Virus record (IMG/VR): IMGVR_UViG_3300050821_002122
Coordinates: 125,690-189,689 of that record
Source of the DNA: a virus
Direction: 5' to 3' (one strand)
DNA: 64,000 nucleotides
Shown here: in pieces, positions 28,141 through 40,744 of the stretch
How positions within the stretch are numbered: the stretch's first letter is position 1
How the letters are laid out: every line of letters begins with the position of its first letter
Notes under the pieces: generated by a model
Database searches by the model: none
Told to the model about the DNA's origin: nothing
The model's input: only the letters and a program-made list of their open reading frames with translations
Made by a program: the position numbers and the translations under genes

Positions 28141-28802
28141 ATGTCTATTACCAAATTTGGCTGGGGTCATTTCCCTGTGGGTACTACTTGTGTCATTCAT
28201 CTTGACCACGGTCAGCAAGTTAAACCACCATTCACTGTAACGGTCACAGGTGTGAGCCGCAATGGTCCTAACAGCTATTGCATTGATACGGATACCCCCG
28301 GTACCGTCACCGAGTTTTTCACCTGCAACATAGACCACGTAGCGGAGATAACGAAACGAGGTCCCGGCATCGCCACCTTAATCGATGCACACAGTCAATC
28401 CTCAGAAAATTCTGGACAAACTACTCGCAAGAACACCTCGTCAAACATAAGAATCATTACGGTACTTACGTACCACGTGGTCTGTGTTATGCAATCGCGT
28501 CAGAATATCTGACTGACGACCAACAACTGAGCATGGATCGGCTTATCGCTGCGCTGTATGAGCGCGGCATTATGCAAGCCGCATTTAGCGCGCCGCAAGA
28601 TGAGTGGCATCGCACAAGCTGCATCTTCAAAAAGAAACAACTGCGCAAAGCAATCAGGCAATTGGTAAATAAATGCCTGCTCAACCACAAGCATGAGCAA
28701 CGTCGGCAAGACACAGAAGACGCCATAGCCGCAGATCGCGACTGGGAGAATTCCGAGTGCGACAGATTTGCTGAAATCTACGACCAATCCGAAGGAGCAT
28801 AG
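28141..28802 (+). pseudogene. Hypothetical gene apparently split by a -1 frameshift near 28370-28395
   Basis: Alternative frame is open 28287-28802 and leads without an SD into the 28533 ORF. Confidence 0.45.
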
Positions 28803-28803
28803 G

Positions 28804-31800
28804 ATGCGTATCTCTTACGAAAAAGCCCGCAACTTGCGGTCGGGTCAAATGATCTGGCGTGTGATGGTCCACGTTCACGTCAACCGGTTTGTCACACCAT
28901 ATACGGAGCGGATTGAGGCCTATGCCGACGCTCAGTACTTCAAGGGGAAGCGCACGCACCACGAGGACTGGCCCGGTCCAAAGAGTCTGGGGCAGCTTCT
29001 CAACGGAACCTACGGCGGCTACTTCACAACGAAGAAACAAGCCGAAGCCTTCGTGCAAGAAATTCTTGACGGGCTGCACCCGAGTATCATCTCTGCCGCG
29101 CGTGAATACGGCGCGGAGATGGACTACATGGACGAATGCATGGGCATCTGCAACCGAGGTTTCGGCTTCTATGAGTGTGACCTCGAATCTGATTACATGA
29201 CTGACCCTTTCTAACTGGAGAACAAAATGAACCACTTACTCGCAAACATCAAAGCCGGTGACCTCATCGTTTTCAACCCAGAGCATGAACAACGTGGCCA
29301 CGGTACAGTGCTGCAAGTTCTGGCTGATCGCAAAGTTGAAGCCGAGGTCGGCATGCTGGGAGACAGCGTGCTTTCGGAACCGAAGGTAGTTGAGGTCAAC
29401 TACTACGATATCGAGCGCGTCAACGGCGCGTATGTTTTCAGCCGTCTCCATAATGTCTATGGTTCGATTCCTGAAATCGACATCGTGGTCAAGGTCGGCG
29501 AGGAACAGCAACAAAAGGGCATAGCGCAAGACAAAATTCTCCAAGAGAGCCTGGAGTTCGTGGCTCGTCAGGCTCATAGCTACCGTCGCCAATGCTTGCG
29601 AAATTTGTTCACGCAGATCAGCAGTGCGGTAAAGGAAATACGTCTCCTAGGAGAGATCAACGAGGTCTTCAAAATCGGTACTACTCTGATGGAGCAAAGC
29701 ATCGATGCCGCCTCAACCCGAGCCGATGAACTATCTAAGTTCGAGACAGATATGTTGGTCTACCATCGCATTCAACATCGTCTTGCCAAAATGAGCATGG
29801 GCGAACTGCGCAAGGTCCTCACGCCGGAGGCACAGGCGGATATCCTCAAGGACCTGGATACCAACAACAACCCGAAAGATGAGGTGACGAAATGAACGCA
29901 AATCCTATCGTCGTCGCATTCAACGATGCGACCAATAACAAATTCGCCGATTTTGACTACACCTCGTGGATAACGTTGACGTACCGTCCGCAAGATTGCT
30001 TGGAGTCGCAAGCGAAGGCATTCGATGCCGCAGTTCGGCTCTATTTGGGCGACACACTGTACAAGACTGCTGAGTCGCAAGTCCGCATCGATCAGATGCT
30101 AAGGTTCAAGCTGGGATTTACTTCCGGCTTGAATATCGAGCTACTGACTTTCATGGACCACGTGGCTGCCTTCCGTAACAGTCTTACGCCCAATCCCAAA
30201 ATCGCTCAGCAAGAAAATGTGGAAGCCGCCGACCTGTATCGCCTGCTGACGCTGTTCTACGATGATGTGCGGCCGGAATGGCCAGGTAGTATTTACGCCT
30301 GGGCAGTCGCTGCACTCACTCGCAAAGAAACTGAGTTGATCGATCATGTGCAGGCGGCTCGCAAGAAGATCAAGGGCCGCGATACTTACGCACATACGGT
30401 CTTCGGCATGATGCACGCGCATCTCACCAAGCACAGGAGCTGGAAATGAACCAACCAAAAACCATTATGCTACTCTGCATAATTTTTAGTTCAACAGTTA
30501 TGTTGCTTGAAGCCTTCGGCGTGATAGAGAAGGGCCTGTCGAAATGGGCTCTGTTGTCTTCGCTGTTGACCGGTGTGGTCTTCATTGAAGTCCGCGCTTG
30601 GTTCAAACGTAAGAAATAAATACCTGCACATTAATCAGTATCAACTTAGGAGCAACAAATGACCAAAGTACAAATCGCCTTGCTCAAGCGTCTGATCGAA
30701 GCGGATCGAGCATACCGCACTGAGGTCAAGCTATTCGGTGCAGCGCAAGATAGCCTGCGTGGTGTGAAAGTCTGCGCACGGAATGGCGTGCAATACCGGA
30801 CTGCTGAAGTGCTGACTCACTACGGTCTCGCAGAGATTGCAATGATCTCTTGCGAACCTCATGTGTACCTCGGCAAATATCGACCCACCGACGAGGTGCG
30901 ACCATGAAAAAGCTACTGATAGCTGTGATAGTAATTGCTGCTGTCATAGCGCACCTCGTCGTTAGCGATATGGCCGACGCGCGTATTACTATACTATACG
31001 ACGGCGTAACCATCGGGTTGATCGCTGGTGTCGCGTGGTGGTGTGCAAACAACGAAATCGCCAAAGCCGAACGACGGGCCGACATCAAGAAAGCCTTCGA
31101 TCAGCTTATGGAGATAAGCGATACTGACGGGCCAAACGATGAACATCAAACGTAAAGGCCCGTCGGCTGCGACGGTGGTCTTGGCAAATATACGCACGGC
31201 CTTGGCCTCCGATATACCGCAGCCCTCAAAGACTAAGCTGGTTGTCTTGCAATACAAAATCGCCCAGCAGATCATCGCTAACGAAATCCCCAAATATTTA
31301 CAGTGAGGTTGAAATGAAAAAGTATATTGTACCTATAATCGCAGTCTTGCTGGGTAGCTTCGGCATCGGCTGCCTGCTCTCTGTGCAAATCCTGACATAC
31401 AGAAAGGACCATGATGTGGCCCATCTGTATTTCCTGGCATTCGCTATCGTGATGACTCTGCTCGCCACGATCATCGTCTATCAATTGATCCGCATGCATC
31501 TGCGGTTCCAAGAGCAATTCAAAAGGATGGAGAAATGAACGCCATTCTAGCCGCGGTTGCCATAATATTCCTCGTCACGGTATTTATGACACCGAGCAAA
31601 CAAGTAGCAGTCGACCACAATCTCAAGACAGACTGCCTCTTGCATGGCGGCGAGTTAGTTCAGCGTCTGGGTCATCAAGACTATGAATGCGCAGTCATCA
31701 AACAAATCGTTCCATTTTTCGGGAGGTAATATGCTACACCTTACCAATAAGACTTTAGCAGAAGAGCCAAAGCGTGTTGTCACTATCTGCGCGGATACCG

Positions 31801-33983
31801 AAGGTAACTTGTGGTATTTATTTTTCAATGGATGGCGACAGCGTGGAGGCGATGTGGTTACATCAGAGGTAACCACGGATAACGATCAACTGAGTTCTCA
31901 ATTGCGCACGGGACTGGCCGAGGATCAACTTCGGTATTCGTTGATCGAAGAGAAAGCTAAACAACTTCGCTGTGAGTTAGAATCAGAGCGCTGTCAGGTA
32001 TGGGCTGAGCGCCTAAATTATGACGACAAAGCACCGTTAATGCTGAACCGTGCGACTCTGAAACAATATTATCTAGGCCTGACGGCGTTTAACTGAAAGG
32101 GCAACATGCGCAAACAATCCATTGACTCACGCATTCTGGAGATTTTCACTGACCTGCTCGACGACCCCAGCAACGTAACCATCGATTGCAAACTTGTTGG
32201 TCTTGGTCTCAAACTCGACGAATTGAAGTTGGCCTTCGACGCACTTGAACTCATGTTCGGCTACCCTTGTGTCATCAGCCTGGGTAGCGTGACCATCCGC
32301 GATGTAATAACCTTCTACAAAGGAAAGTAAATGAACTTCACGGCCCAACAGTATTACGACGATATCATTAGCCACGCTTACAAAGGTGGTCTGCATCTGC
32401 TTTCGCAGGTTGCAGTCTCATCTGCCGATGTGCCGTACTGTATTTCTGAAGTTGAAGCCCGTGCAGTTCATTTGTCTTTCTACTTGCCTGATCGGCAATT
32501 CGTTTTGGTAGCGGAGCATCACGAGTTGGTGACCGCTACCAACACATATCGCTACTGGACTTTCAAGCTTGATGCAGCTTGGAAGATGGGAACCAAGCCA
32601 GAGACCAAGACAGGTATCCTCTTGTCGAAGGTCGGATGCACATACAATCCTCTGTTCGCTGGCTTCAGGACGATCAAATCCGATGTGCTGCGCGGTGTCT
32701 GGTACTGGTCCATGATACAAGCGCACATTGGTCCCCATAATATATCGGCTGAGGCCTTGATGACCAGCCCACTACACTTCATCAAATATGCCCGTAATCA
32801 TCTGGACACTGGTCCTTTCCATTTCTTGGAAATCAATTGGGCACCAATCAAAACTTTCTGTGGCTCCAATCAACACATGGAGGACAGGAAGATGATGCAG
32901 AGGAAATGCAAAGACATCTTCTGGTCACGCTTTACACAACCACAGCTGGTTGCAAAAATAGCTGAATTTTACCGTGGTGCATCTTTCCCTAACCAACTGC
33001 AAGGAGCATAAAATGTCCAAACGTTTCATCTGCGAATTCTCAAGCCAATCGCTGGCGCGTTTTGAATGCGCAGTCAAATCTTTCTCTCATCCGCGGGTTA
33101 CGTTGATGATCGAGGAAAGCAAGGGTCACAACGATCACGCTCTGTATGCCAATGCCAAGAATTGGCCAGAGGACCTCACTGGCTTCTGGCGGGCACTGGA
33201 TCAACAGCCGGCGACGGTGCAGTAAATAGCTTACACAAACTTTAGAGGAAAATATGGATACTCAAAACCTGCTGCGTGGTGCCTTCGCTTTTGAACCAAA
33301 CGAGAAGGCGGGTTACAGGTTGGCTGAAAACCTTACCGTCGTTGTGCGGGAATGCATCTGGACGGTGGACGGCGTGTTTTATCGCTGTGACTTCCCGAAC
33401 GGCCAAGCATCTGGACTTTTGCCGGCGAATGAATTGATGTCGCTTTCTTACCCGCAGGCTGTATAAACCACAGACCAGACACTCACTCGGTGTCTGGTCT
33501 CATTACATTCAGGGAGGTAAAATGAACGTACAACGCATGCACGAGGTGCTAGCAGCAGTCCCAAATTATTGCAGGATCGATACCAAGGCGAGTTGGTCTG
33601 ATGTAGCAGCAATTCGCAAGCTCTTTGATCTCAAAGTTTTGGAACTGGTTGAGACTGTACACCATTCGCGGTGGCATCATATCGCATATGAGCATAAAGA
33701 TGCCACATTAACTTACGACGGTTGTATCGAATTGAGCATAGACAAACAAGCTCGGGTTCACATGACTGTGTGGAATGGTGATAGCTACGTCGGCCACCCT
33801 ACAAAGAAGCGTGAGACCTATATTTTCACCGGCGACTGGTTTGCTATTGCTGCTGTGTTTCATGCGGTCGAAAAAGCTTTTACCAGGCGTGTCACCCAAC
33901 AGCTTAAAGAGGAAGACGAGGCTGCTTTTCAAAAGCGAGTGGAAGAACGTTCGCATAAACTACTGGAGGCTGAAGATGAATGA
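28804..33983 (+). CDS. Run of small hypothetical and membrane proteins (28804-29214, 29227-29895, 29892-30449, 30446-30619, 30659-30907, 30904-31155, 31314-31538, 31535-31729, 31731-32096, 32106-32330, 32331-33011, 33013-33225, 33254-33466, 33522-33983)
   Basis: Co-oriented, SD-bearing, tightly packed ORFs typical of a phage early accessory region. Confidence 0.65.
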
Positions 33984-34073
33984 ACACAAGTACATCCGCG
34001 ACTATGCTATGCATGCGCAGCACTCGATAAAGCCAATACCGCTATATACGCATCGGCCATTCCATGGCAGGAT

Positions 34074-34568
34074 TTGGTCAGAGCAGGTCTATACGCAAGA
34101 AGCATAGATGCCACACTCAGCACGGAAGAGATTGTCCGTGCTGTTGCGTACTCCAATGTTTACCGAAAATATGGCTTCGCTAAAATCAACGATTGGTTTC
34201 TCAGCAATCCAGATGAAGTATTCACGCGCAACCAGTGGTTCGATTGCGCCTGTGGTCTGAAGGTTTACCTACGCAAGTCCAAGCATTCGATACGCGGTGA
34301 GTCGCATACGTGCATCGACTTGGCCAACGTATCGGTAGCAGAGGAATATCGTATGCAGGGCGTGTATGCGACCCTACTATCGCATTTGGAACTACTCGCC
34401 AAGATCACCGAGCGCACGCTCTTTGTGGAAGGCGTGATAACAGAAGAACATTTCGGTATCTATGAGCGTCGCGGCTTCACGCAATGCCGCGCTGACGGTA
34501 GTTATAAAGAAAATTCTTTCTTCAAGGTGTGTCATGAAAAAGACGAAGCTGAACGCACAGAAACGTGA
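34074..34568 (+). CDS. GNAT-fold protein; true start uncertain (possible frameshift after ATG 33980)
   Basis: IDLANVSVAEEYRMQGVYATLL...LFVEGV...YERRGF. Confidence 0.65.
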   Translation: MVRAGLYARSIDATLSTEEIVRAVAYSNVYRKYGFAKINDWFLSNPDEVFTRNQWFDCACGLKVYLRKSKHSIRGESHTCIDLANVSVAEEYRMQGVYATLLSHLELLAKITERTLFVEGVITEEHFGIYERRGFTQCRADGSYKENSFFKVCHEKDEAERTET

Positions 34569-35897
34569 GTTGGTAGCTGCGTGGGAGGCGCTGAAGGTAG
34601 CTCAAGCTAAGCCTCTTGAGCGAGGTGCCATAGCGAAGTCGGTCAAAGGCTCTACAGTACGCCGCAAGATGCCCACGCTGTTCATTCCACCGGAGCGTGA
34701 TAGTCGGGCATTCAAGTCGTTAGACAGCGGTAAAGGTAGTACCGCTTTACCAGAAGCCAAGCAGTATTCTGGCAACAAAGTAATCGGCGTGGCGGTTCTC
34801 CACAAAAGCTGCCTGCAGCCGATCTTTAACGAAGAAGCCGCGCAGGAAGTGGCCAAAATGAGGAGGTAATATGGAAATACCAATTGGTACAATCATTGAT
34901 GTGATAAAGCAGTATCCAGATATCGGCAGGAAATGTACTGCCGAGATTGCTATGTACCGGCATATGGGCTGTTCTACGCCTCAGCTTGAGGCGTGCATGA
35001 TTCAGACTGCGGCAGAGCGCGATGAGTTGACGGTGGTCAGTGGTGACCAACCGATTGACGGTAAACGACATTTCATTATCGCCCGGATGGTTGACTGGAA
35101 CCCTCAGTTCTCCGAAACTCCTTTTGTTCACTACGACTGGGAAGCAGCACGCAGCGAACAGCGCCGCCTTGCTAATCAGCACAAATGTCAAGGCTTCGGT
35201 ATGTATCACCTACTTAGTATTTTCAGGAGAGACTGATGATTTCTAACCTACCTCATCTCTACAAGGACAGATCGATGATTACCCTAAACCTGCGCTTGCG
35301 CAAGAACACCGAGCAGCAAGTACCACTGAACGTACCAGTAATTATCTGGCAGCCAGCATGCGAACCGGTCAACGTCTGTCATTTCTTTGGTCGGGTACCG
35401 CGTCACTTCGTGACCTACAGCACACTGGGCGGCTACAACGTTCCAATGGAACAGGCAGAACAAATCCACTACGTCACTGTCGGTAATATCGATCCAGATT
35501 ATGTGTGGCGTATTCCGGTAGCTGAGTTTGCTACCAAGCGGTTCCTGTGGTCGGCCCTGCCTTCGTTTGCGTTGAGTGAGATGATGGACTACCTTAAGAT
35601 CGTGAATGAACCTGTTCAAGAGCAGGAACAAGAAACCGATGAAGCCGAAGAGGACGACGAATGACAGTCACATACGAAGGCGTATCTTTCACCTGCCCAG
35701 ACTGGGCTCTATACATTGCAGCAGACGGCGACGGATCGGTGCATGCGTTTGAGCGTAAACCTCATCGCAATGAGGGACCGGCTACGCACTACTGGAAAAT
35801 AGTCGGCGGCTTCCGCTTCAAAACTGCCTACGTCGGTATGCTATCGCCAGGTCCTTATGAACTTCAACGCATAACCGAAGACCAGCAAATCGTATAA
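34534..35897 (+). CDS. Hypothetical proteins (34534-34869, 34871-35236, 35236-35664, 35661-35897)
   Basis: Packed ORFs; the last has a P.WA..IA.D.DG...AF...P motif shared with 57219-57452. Confidence 0.65.
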
Positions 35898-36013
35898 ATC
35901 GTTTATACCATTGTTTGCACCACAAGGTGCCAGATGCTTAAAAATTAAGCAAATGTAGTGTTTTTACGACATTATTTCAATTCAGCATGAAATCGTGTTA
36001 TAATAGAAGCGTA
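35892..36013 (+). promoter_or_regulatory. Palindrome GTATAAATCGTTTATAC (35892-35908) plus promoter TGTTATAATAGAAGCGTA
   Basis: The same two elements recur at 48.5 and 58.6-58.8 kb. Confidence 0.7.
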
Positions 36014-36028
36014 ATACCCGATAAATCT

Positions 36029-36042
36029 CCCTATGTAAAGGA
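36029..36042 (+). promoter_or_regulatory. CCCTATGTAAAGGA leader/RBS motif (also 36936, 37233, 38009, 61338)
   Basis: Five exact 14-nt copies, each ending 5-7 nt before an ATG. Confidence 0.8.
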
Positions 36043-36049
36043 GCCTCAA

Positions 36050-38777
36050 ATGAGTAAAAAAGTAGCAGCAGAAAAACCACAGGCCAGAGAAGAAACTCCA
36101 AAACCGCAGGTTATCGACTATGAAACGGCGGAGAGGGAATATGGTGAGGGTTGGAAAGAACTGCCAACACGCAAGCGCAATAGTTTAGCTAAGGATGCCA
36201 TGCATCACCGGAATTATTTAGCATTATGTGCAGGTATCATGGGTTTCAGAGCGGCCAAGGGGAAGTGAAATGACTACACCCTCACTGTATCAAACCACTT
36301 GAAGTAATTTCGATCTAGGAACTAACATGAAAATCAAAGTCTTAGCACTGTGGGTGCAGCGTGATATGAATCACGTATGCTGTATTCTACCAGACGGTAC
36401 AGTGGCTAGTGTCTGCCATGTCCCAGAATGGGAGGAGCTGGAGAGACAGCCTGCTCTCAATACTTGGATGGACGGCATGTTGGCCGGCCAGCGTAAGATC
36501 GAAAGCTACTTGTCTGTTGCGGCAATGCGTAAATTTACGCCCACTGGTATAGTAGTTCCGAAAGAATTCGCTCACCTTGTCAAATCTGAATATGAGCGCG
36601 CAGAGGCTGAGCGCAAAGCCGCGAAGGCCAAGCGCCTGACGAAGCGAAAAATCTCTATGCTGAAAGCTGGCACGTGGATTCAAATCGCGTGGCCTGATGG
36701 CCCTGATACTTTGGTACTCTTGCTGTGTCATCTATCGCGTGACGAACTCGGCGACGTTCCGCTTGACTGTTTTGATCCGATCAACTCTAGCAGCCGCAAA
36801 CATAACCGTCCGCTGTGCAGTCAAGTCGTGGCCGCTTGGGGTACAGTCAAAAAGCCAATAGGGTGGCTTGACGGCGATAACGACTGCGACGACTGGGACG
36901 ATTAACTAAACCTGGGGCTTCGGCCCCGTCACTTTCCCTATGTAAAGGAAACCAAAATGGCATACCTCTGTCTCGAAATCAGTGGCAAGCAACTCATGAG
37001 CATTATAAATAACAATGCTGATGGTATGAGCAAAGCGCAGTTCACCACAACCATTACAAGGTTGGCGCATAGCACGCAATTCACGCATTCGGCGGATGAA
37101 CAAGCCGCGTTGCTCGCACGCCTGACTAAGATTCTTACTTCAGAACGTAGTGAATCGCAAGGTGAAGACTACTATTTGTAGGCAAAAGTCGCCTGAACGA
37201 GGCTGACGGAACTAGTTACATAAATTTTATTTCCCTATGTAAAGGAATACCATGAACATCAAAGACTTAGTAAAGCAGTACACCGATGGACTTATCAGCG
37301 AACTTGAGTTAGTGCATACTATGCAGGTTTCACCCAAACTGCTGGCACGCATTCAAACGGCGTTGAGCCTACCGTACAACGCATCACATAAGATTTATGT
37401 AGTCGATCTGATTAGCGATGACCCACGTGACGCTCCTGTTTCTGGTGGTAAGCCTAAGCGGTACGACCTCGTGCGAGAAGATAACTTTGATTAGGAGGTT
37501 GTGATGAAAAATCGTTTTGTATCGGCAGTCAAACCTGCAGAGTATGCAGATCGCCTGCATGAGATTCAGCAGGTGCTCTCTGTAAAGAAGGCGGAACTCG
37601 CGGCCTTGGAAGAAGAGAAAGACGCATTGTGCCGCTATCTGCTGCGTGTGTCCAAAGGTAAATCGTTTGAATACGACGGCGTAAAGTACCGCAAGATCGT
37701 GAAAATAAGGCACAACTCACGCATGATTTTGGACCAAGCAAAGGTTCTGAAATTACTGCGCAATAAAACGCCATACGTAAAATCCACCTGGAATACGATC
37801 AGTGTTGATTTTGTTTATGAGGAATAATCATGACCAAAGAAGAGAAAAAGATTAAGAAGCAAAAAGCGGCTAGAACCAAGACTTTGATGGAGGTTTGCCG
37901 CACCGTGTGTAGCGCCTCCGCCTTGCTACTGAGCCTATACGCAAACTATCATAATATGTTTCACTGAGGTATTTACAGCCTAGTAAATACGTAACGTATT
38001 ATCCCATTCCCTATGTAAAGGAAAAATCATGAAATGCACCATGCGCAATGCAGGCGATGCCGACACCGTTCACGCCACCATCCGTATGACGGCCGCCGAG
38101 TACAAAGAACTGCATGCCTACATGCACACGAAAGGCGATACGATCCGGTTCCCTTACGGTGCATACATCGTAGTTCGCGGCCGGGGCTGGTACCGCGCAG
38201 TAATCGACAATTCTTATAAGGCGGTTGAAAACATCCGCTTTGTCTGTACCGTCATCCACCGCTTCCTGCGCGACAAAGAAGAGGCTACAGTGGCCGCAAT
38301 CAAGGCTCTTATACCGCAGGTCATCCACAACACTAAACTCGTGGCCTTCTCGACGTTCCATTCGCCGGAAGATCGCGTGTACCTCAAGAACCAACAACCA
38401 CCCAAGCCGGCGGAACCGCACATGCTCCAGCGCTTGGCCGCCAAATTCGCTCACTAGGAGGCTGCATGAACTCTATGAACAACCACACCGAACTGGCTGC
38501 GGCCGTCCGACGATACAAAGATACGCAAGTTGTACCAGAAATTGGTCAACTGATTGACTGCAACATGGCTTATATCAGGCAGGACGAAGCACAGCCTGGC
38601 AGAGCATCGACGGCGATGACAAAGATTCGTTTCATCGCCGGCGAATGGAAACAGGTACCGCAGAACCAGGCTGGCATGTACGTGTTCTTTAACAATGAAC
38701 CGGAGGTGATGCATTCGCAATTCCGCGTGACCTCCGTCATTCCATCGCGGGCCGGCTGCTACGCTGATCTGATATGA
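36050..38777 (+). CDS. Hypothetical proteins (36050-36268, 36327-36905, 36957-37181, 37252-37494, 37504-37827, 38029-38457, 38466-38777)
   Basis: ORFs with SDs, four preceded by CCCTATGTAAAGGA. Confidence 0.7.
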
Positions 38778-39565
38778 ACGATCTGGTTCTCTACACGGAG
38801 GCTCGCATCGACATAGCGAATCTCTGGCTACATAGCATACTGATGACGAGTTTCCGCACTGAGAAGCCCAAGGTGCGGAAACTAATCGATCAATTAAATA
38901 CATTGCTGACGATGTACCAGAAACGGTTCCCTGACTTGATCGATAAGAAGACCGAGCTTCAACTTGAGATACGTTTGCTCACACGCGGTACGCCAGTCAC
39001 TGAACCAATGTCGGTAGCTGATTGCAATGCGATAGGTTTGGATGCCGCGCAGGGTCTTAGCGAACAACAGAAAGTCGCTATTGGGGAGATACTGAAAAAG
39101 GCTTATCGCAAGTGTGCTATGATCTGTCACCCAGACCGTGGCGGGGATTTGGAAGACTTTCAAGAACTGAAGGAGGCTTACGCTGCATACGATTTACAGC
39201 GCATCACCGAACTTTATCTTTTGCTGTCAAAGAAGCGTAACCTCTTCTGGCAGTCAACGGACGAGGGGGTAGAATTCGCGTCTACCCAATTAAATAGAAC
39301 GCAGGTTCAGATGGCAGGCATGCGCGCTTCACCGCAGTACCGTGTCGTACAGTATCACATAGCTGGCTGGCCGGATCGTGCGCAAGATTCTATGCGCTCA
39401 ATTCTATTGTCTCAGATTCAAACTTTGATGAACGAACTCAACTACCTAAGGAACAATCATGGCCAAGGCACAAAAGAAAGAAACGAAAGCATCCAAATCG
39501 AAGGACACCAAGAAGAAAGCCAAGGTGATTCCAATCGAGAAAGCAATCAGCAAGAAGAAGGCTGA
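38774..39565 (+). CDS. J-domain (DnaJ-like) protein
   Basis: LKKAYRKCAMICHPDRGGDLEDFQELKEAY with HPD motif. Confidence 0.85.
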   Translation: MNDLVLYTEARIDIANLWLHSILMTSFRTEKPKVRKLIDQLNTLLTMYQKRFPDLIDKKTELQLEIRLLTRGTPVTEPMSVADCNAIGLDAAQGLSEQQKVAIGEILKKAYRKCAMICHPDRGGDLEDFQELKEAYAAYDLQRITELYLLLSKKRNLFWQSTDEGVEFASTQLNRTQVQMAGMRASPQYRVVQYHIAGWPDRAQDSMRSILLSQIQTLMNELNYLRNNHGQGTKERNESIQIEGHQEESQGDSNRESNQQEEG

Positions 39566-40160
39566 CGGCAAAGACCTGACTCCACTGGAGAAGGCGCGTC
39601 TCGCTCGCGCATCCGGCAAAGGCAAGGCCAAATCCAAAAAGAAAAACGCGCTGCCGATCTTCAAAGCACCGGAAGACTTCAAGCCACACTTCCTCGAGGT
39701 TCTCATCAAGACCGACAAGGACGGTCTGCTGTCGAACGCAATCAAGGCGACTCGCTACCAAGGTCGCTACGATCCGCAGGCTGACGACAAGAAGAAAGCA
39801 GACCTCGGCTCCTACGATCCAGCAACGCTACTGGGCATCCTGAGCCGCCTGTCGATGACGACATTCGTGACCAACGTCACCAAACGTCTGCCAGCGAACA
39901 AGACGTACAAAATCCTGATGCGCGTCAACAAGAAATCGGCCGACGATTCGATCTCGGTTGCGATCAAAACGATCTCGGTCGCCGAGAAGTCCAAGAAAAC
40001 TGGCCGCGTCAAGGCTGTTGAGATGGACAAGAAAGACCCTGAGTACCGCAAGATTCGCAAGGCCAGCCGCATCCTGCCAGCGGCGTTCAAGAACGTTCTG
40101 ATGCCGCCAAAGCGGGTGCGCGGCACCAAGGTCAAGAAAGAGGCAGAAGACGATGAATAA
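39459..40160 (+). CDS. Lys-rich putative DNA-binding protein
   Basis: Very basic N-terminus, strong codon bias. Confidence 0.7.
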   Translation: MAKAQKKETKASKSKDTKKKAKVIPIEKAISKKKADGKDLTPLEKARLARASGKGKAKSKKKNALPIFKAPEDFKPHFLEVLIKTDKDGLLSNAIKATRYQGRYDPQADDKKKADLGSYDPATLLGILSRLSMTTFVTNVTKRLPANKTYKILMRVNKKSADDSISVAIKTISVAEKSKKTGRVKAVEMDKKDPEYRKIRKASRILPAAFKNVLMPPKRVRGTKVKKEAEDDE

Positions 40161-40722
40161 TAATCAAAGCATGAGCCACACTTCGACTCCTCGGGAGTTC
40201 GTGCGTGGCGAAATTGACCCAGCACTGTCCAAGTCACTCGATGCGCGGTTCGCCGCAGGCAACGTGTACGGGCCTGGGGCACTGATCAGATCAGCATATT
40301 GGCCTAATCTGCGTGGCACCTATGCATCGATCCTGAACGCCTTCGAGCGTCCGATTCAGCACAAACTGGAACTTCGCTATCAGGCGCTGCGTACCCCTGA
40401 GGGTAAGTACACTATCTCCGAGTTTCCAGAGTACGAATTCGACGGCGTTGATTTGGAACGCAGTGTCGTCGAATACCTGTACAACACGCGAATCGTCGGC
40501 AAGCTCATGTGCCCGTGGCCGCAGAACGACGAGGTTCTGCCGTACTCTGTACTTGTCACCGTACCTGAGTTCATGACCATTCGCCTGCTCAGAATGAATT
40601 GGGAACTGGCTCAGGTTTACATGGAGGCGCAGCGAATCGTCGCCAAACAAAAGGCGAAGGAACCGAAGGTAGTAAATACGGATCAAGAAGCAAACGATAC
40701 GTCTTTTTCTTTACCTCCGTAA
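40153..40722 (+). CDS. Hypothetical protein (189 aa)
   Basis: ORF overlapping the upstream stop. Confidence 0.7.
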   Translation: MNNNQSMSHTSTPREFVRGEIDPALSKSLDARFAAGNVYGPGALIRSAYWPNLRGTYASILNAFERPIQHKLELRYQALRTPEGKYTISEFPEYEFDGVDLERSVVEYLYNTRIVGKLMCPWPQNDEVLPYSVLVTVPEFMTIRLLRMNWELAQVYMEAQRIVAKQKAKEPKVVNTDQEANDTSFSLPP

Positions 40723-40744
40723 ACCGTGCCTAGTAAATAAGTCA

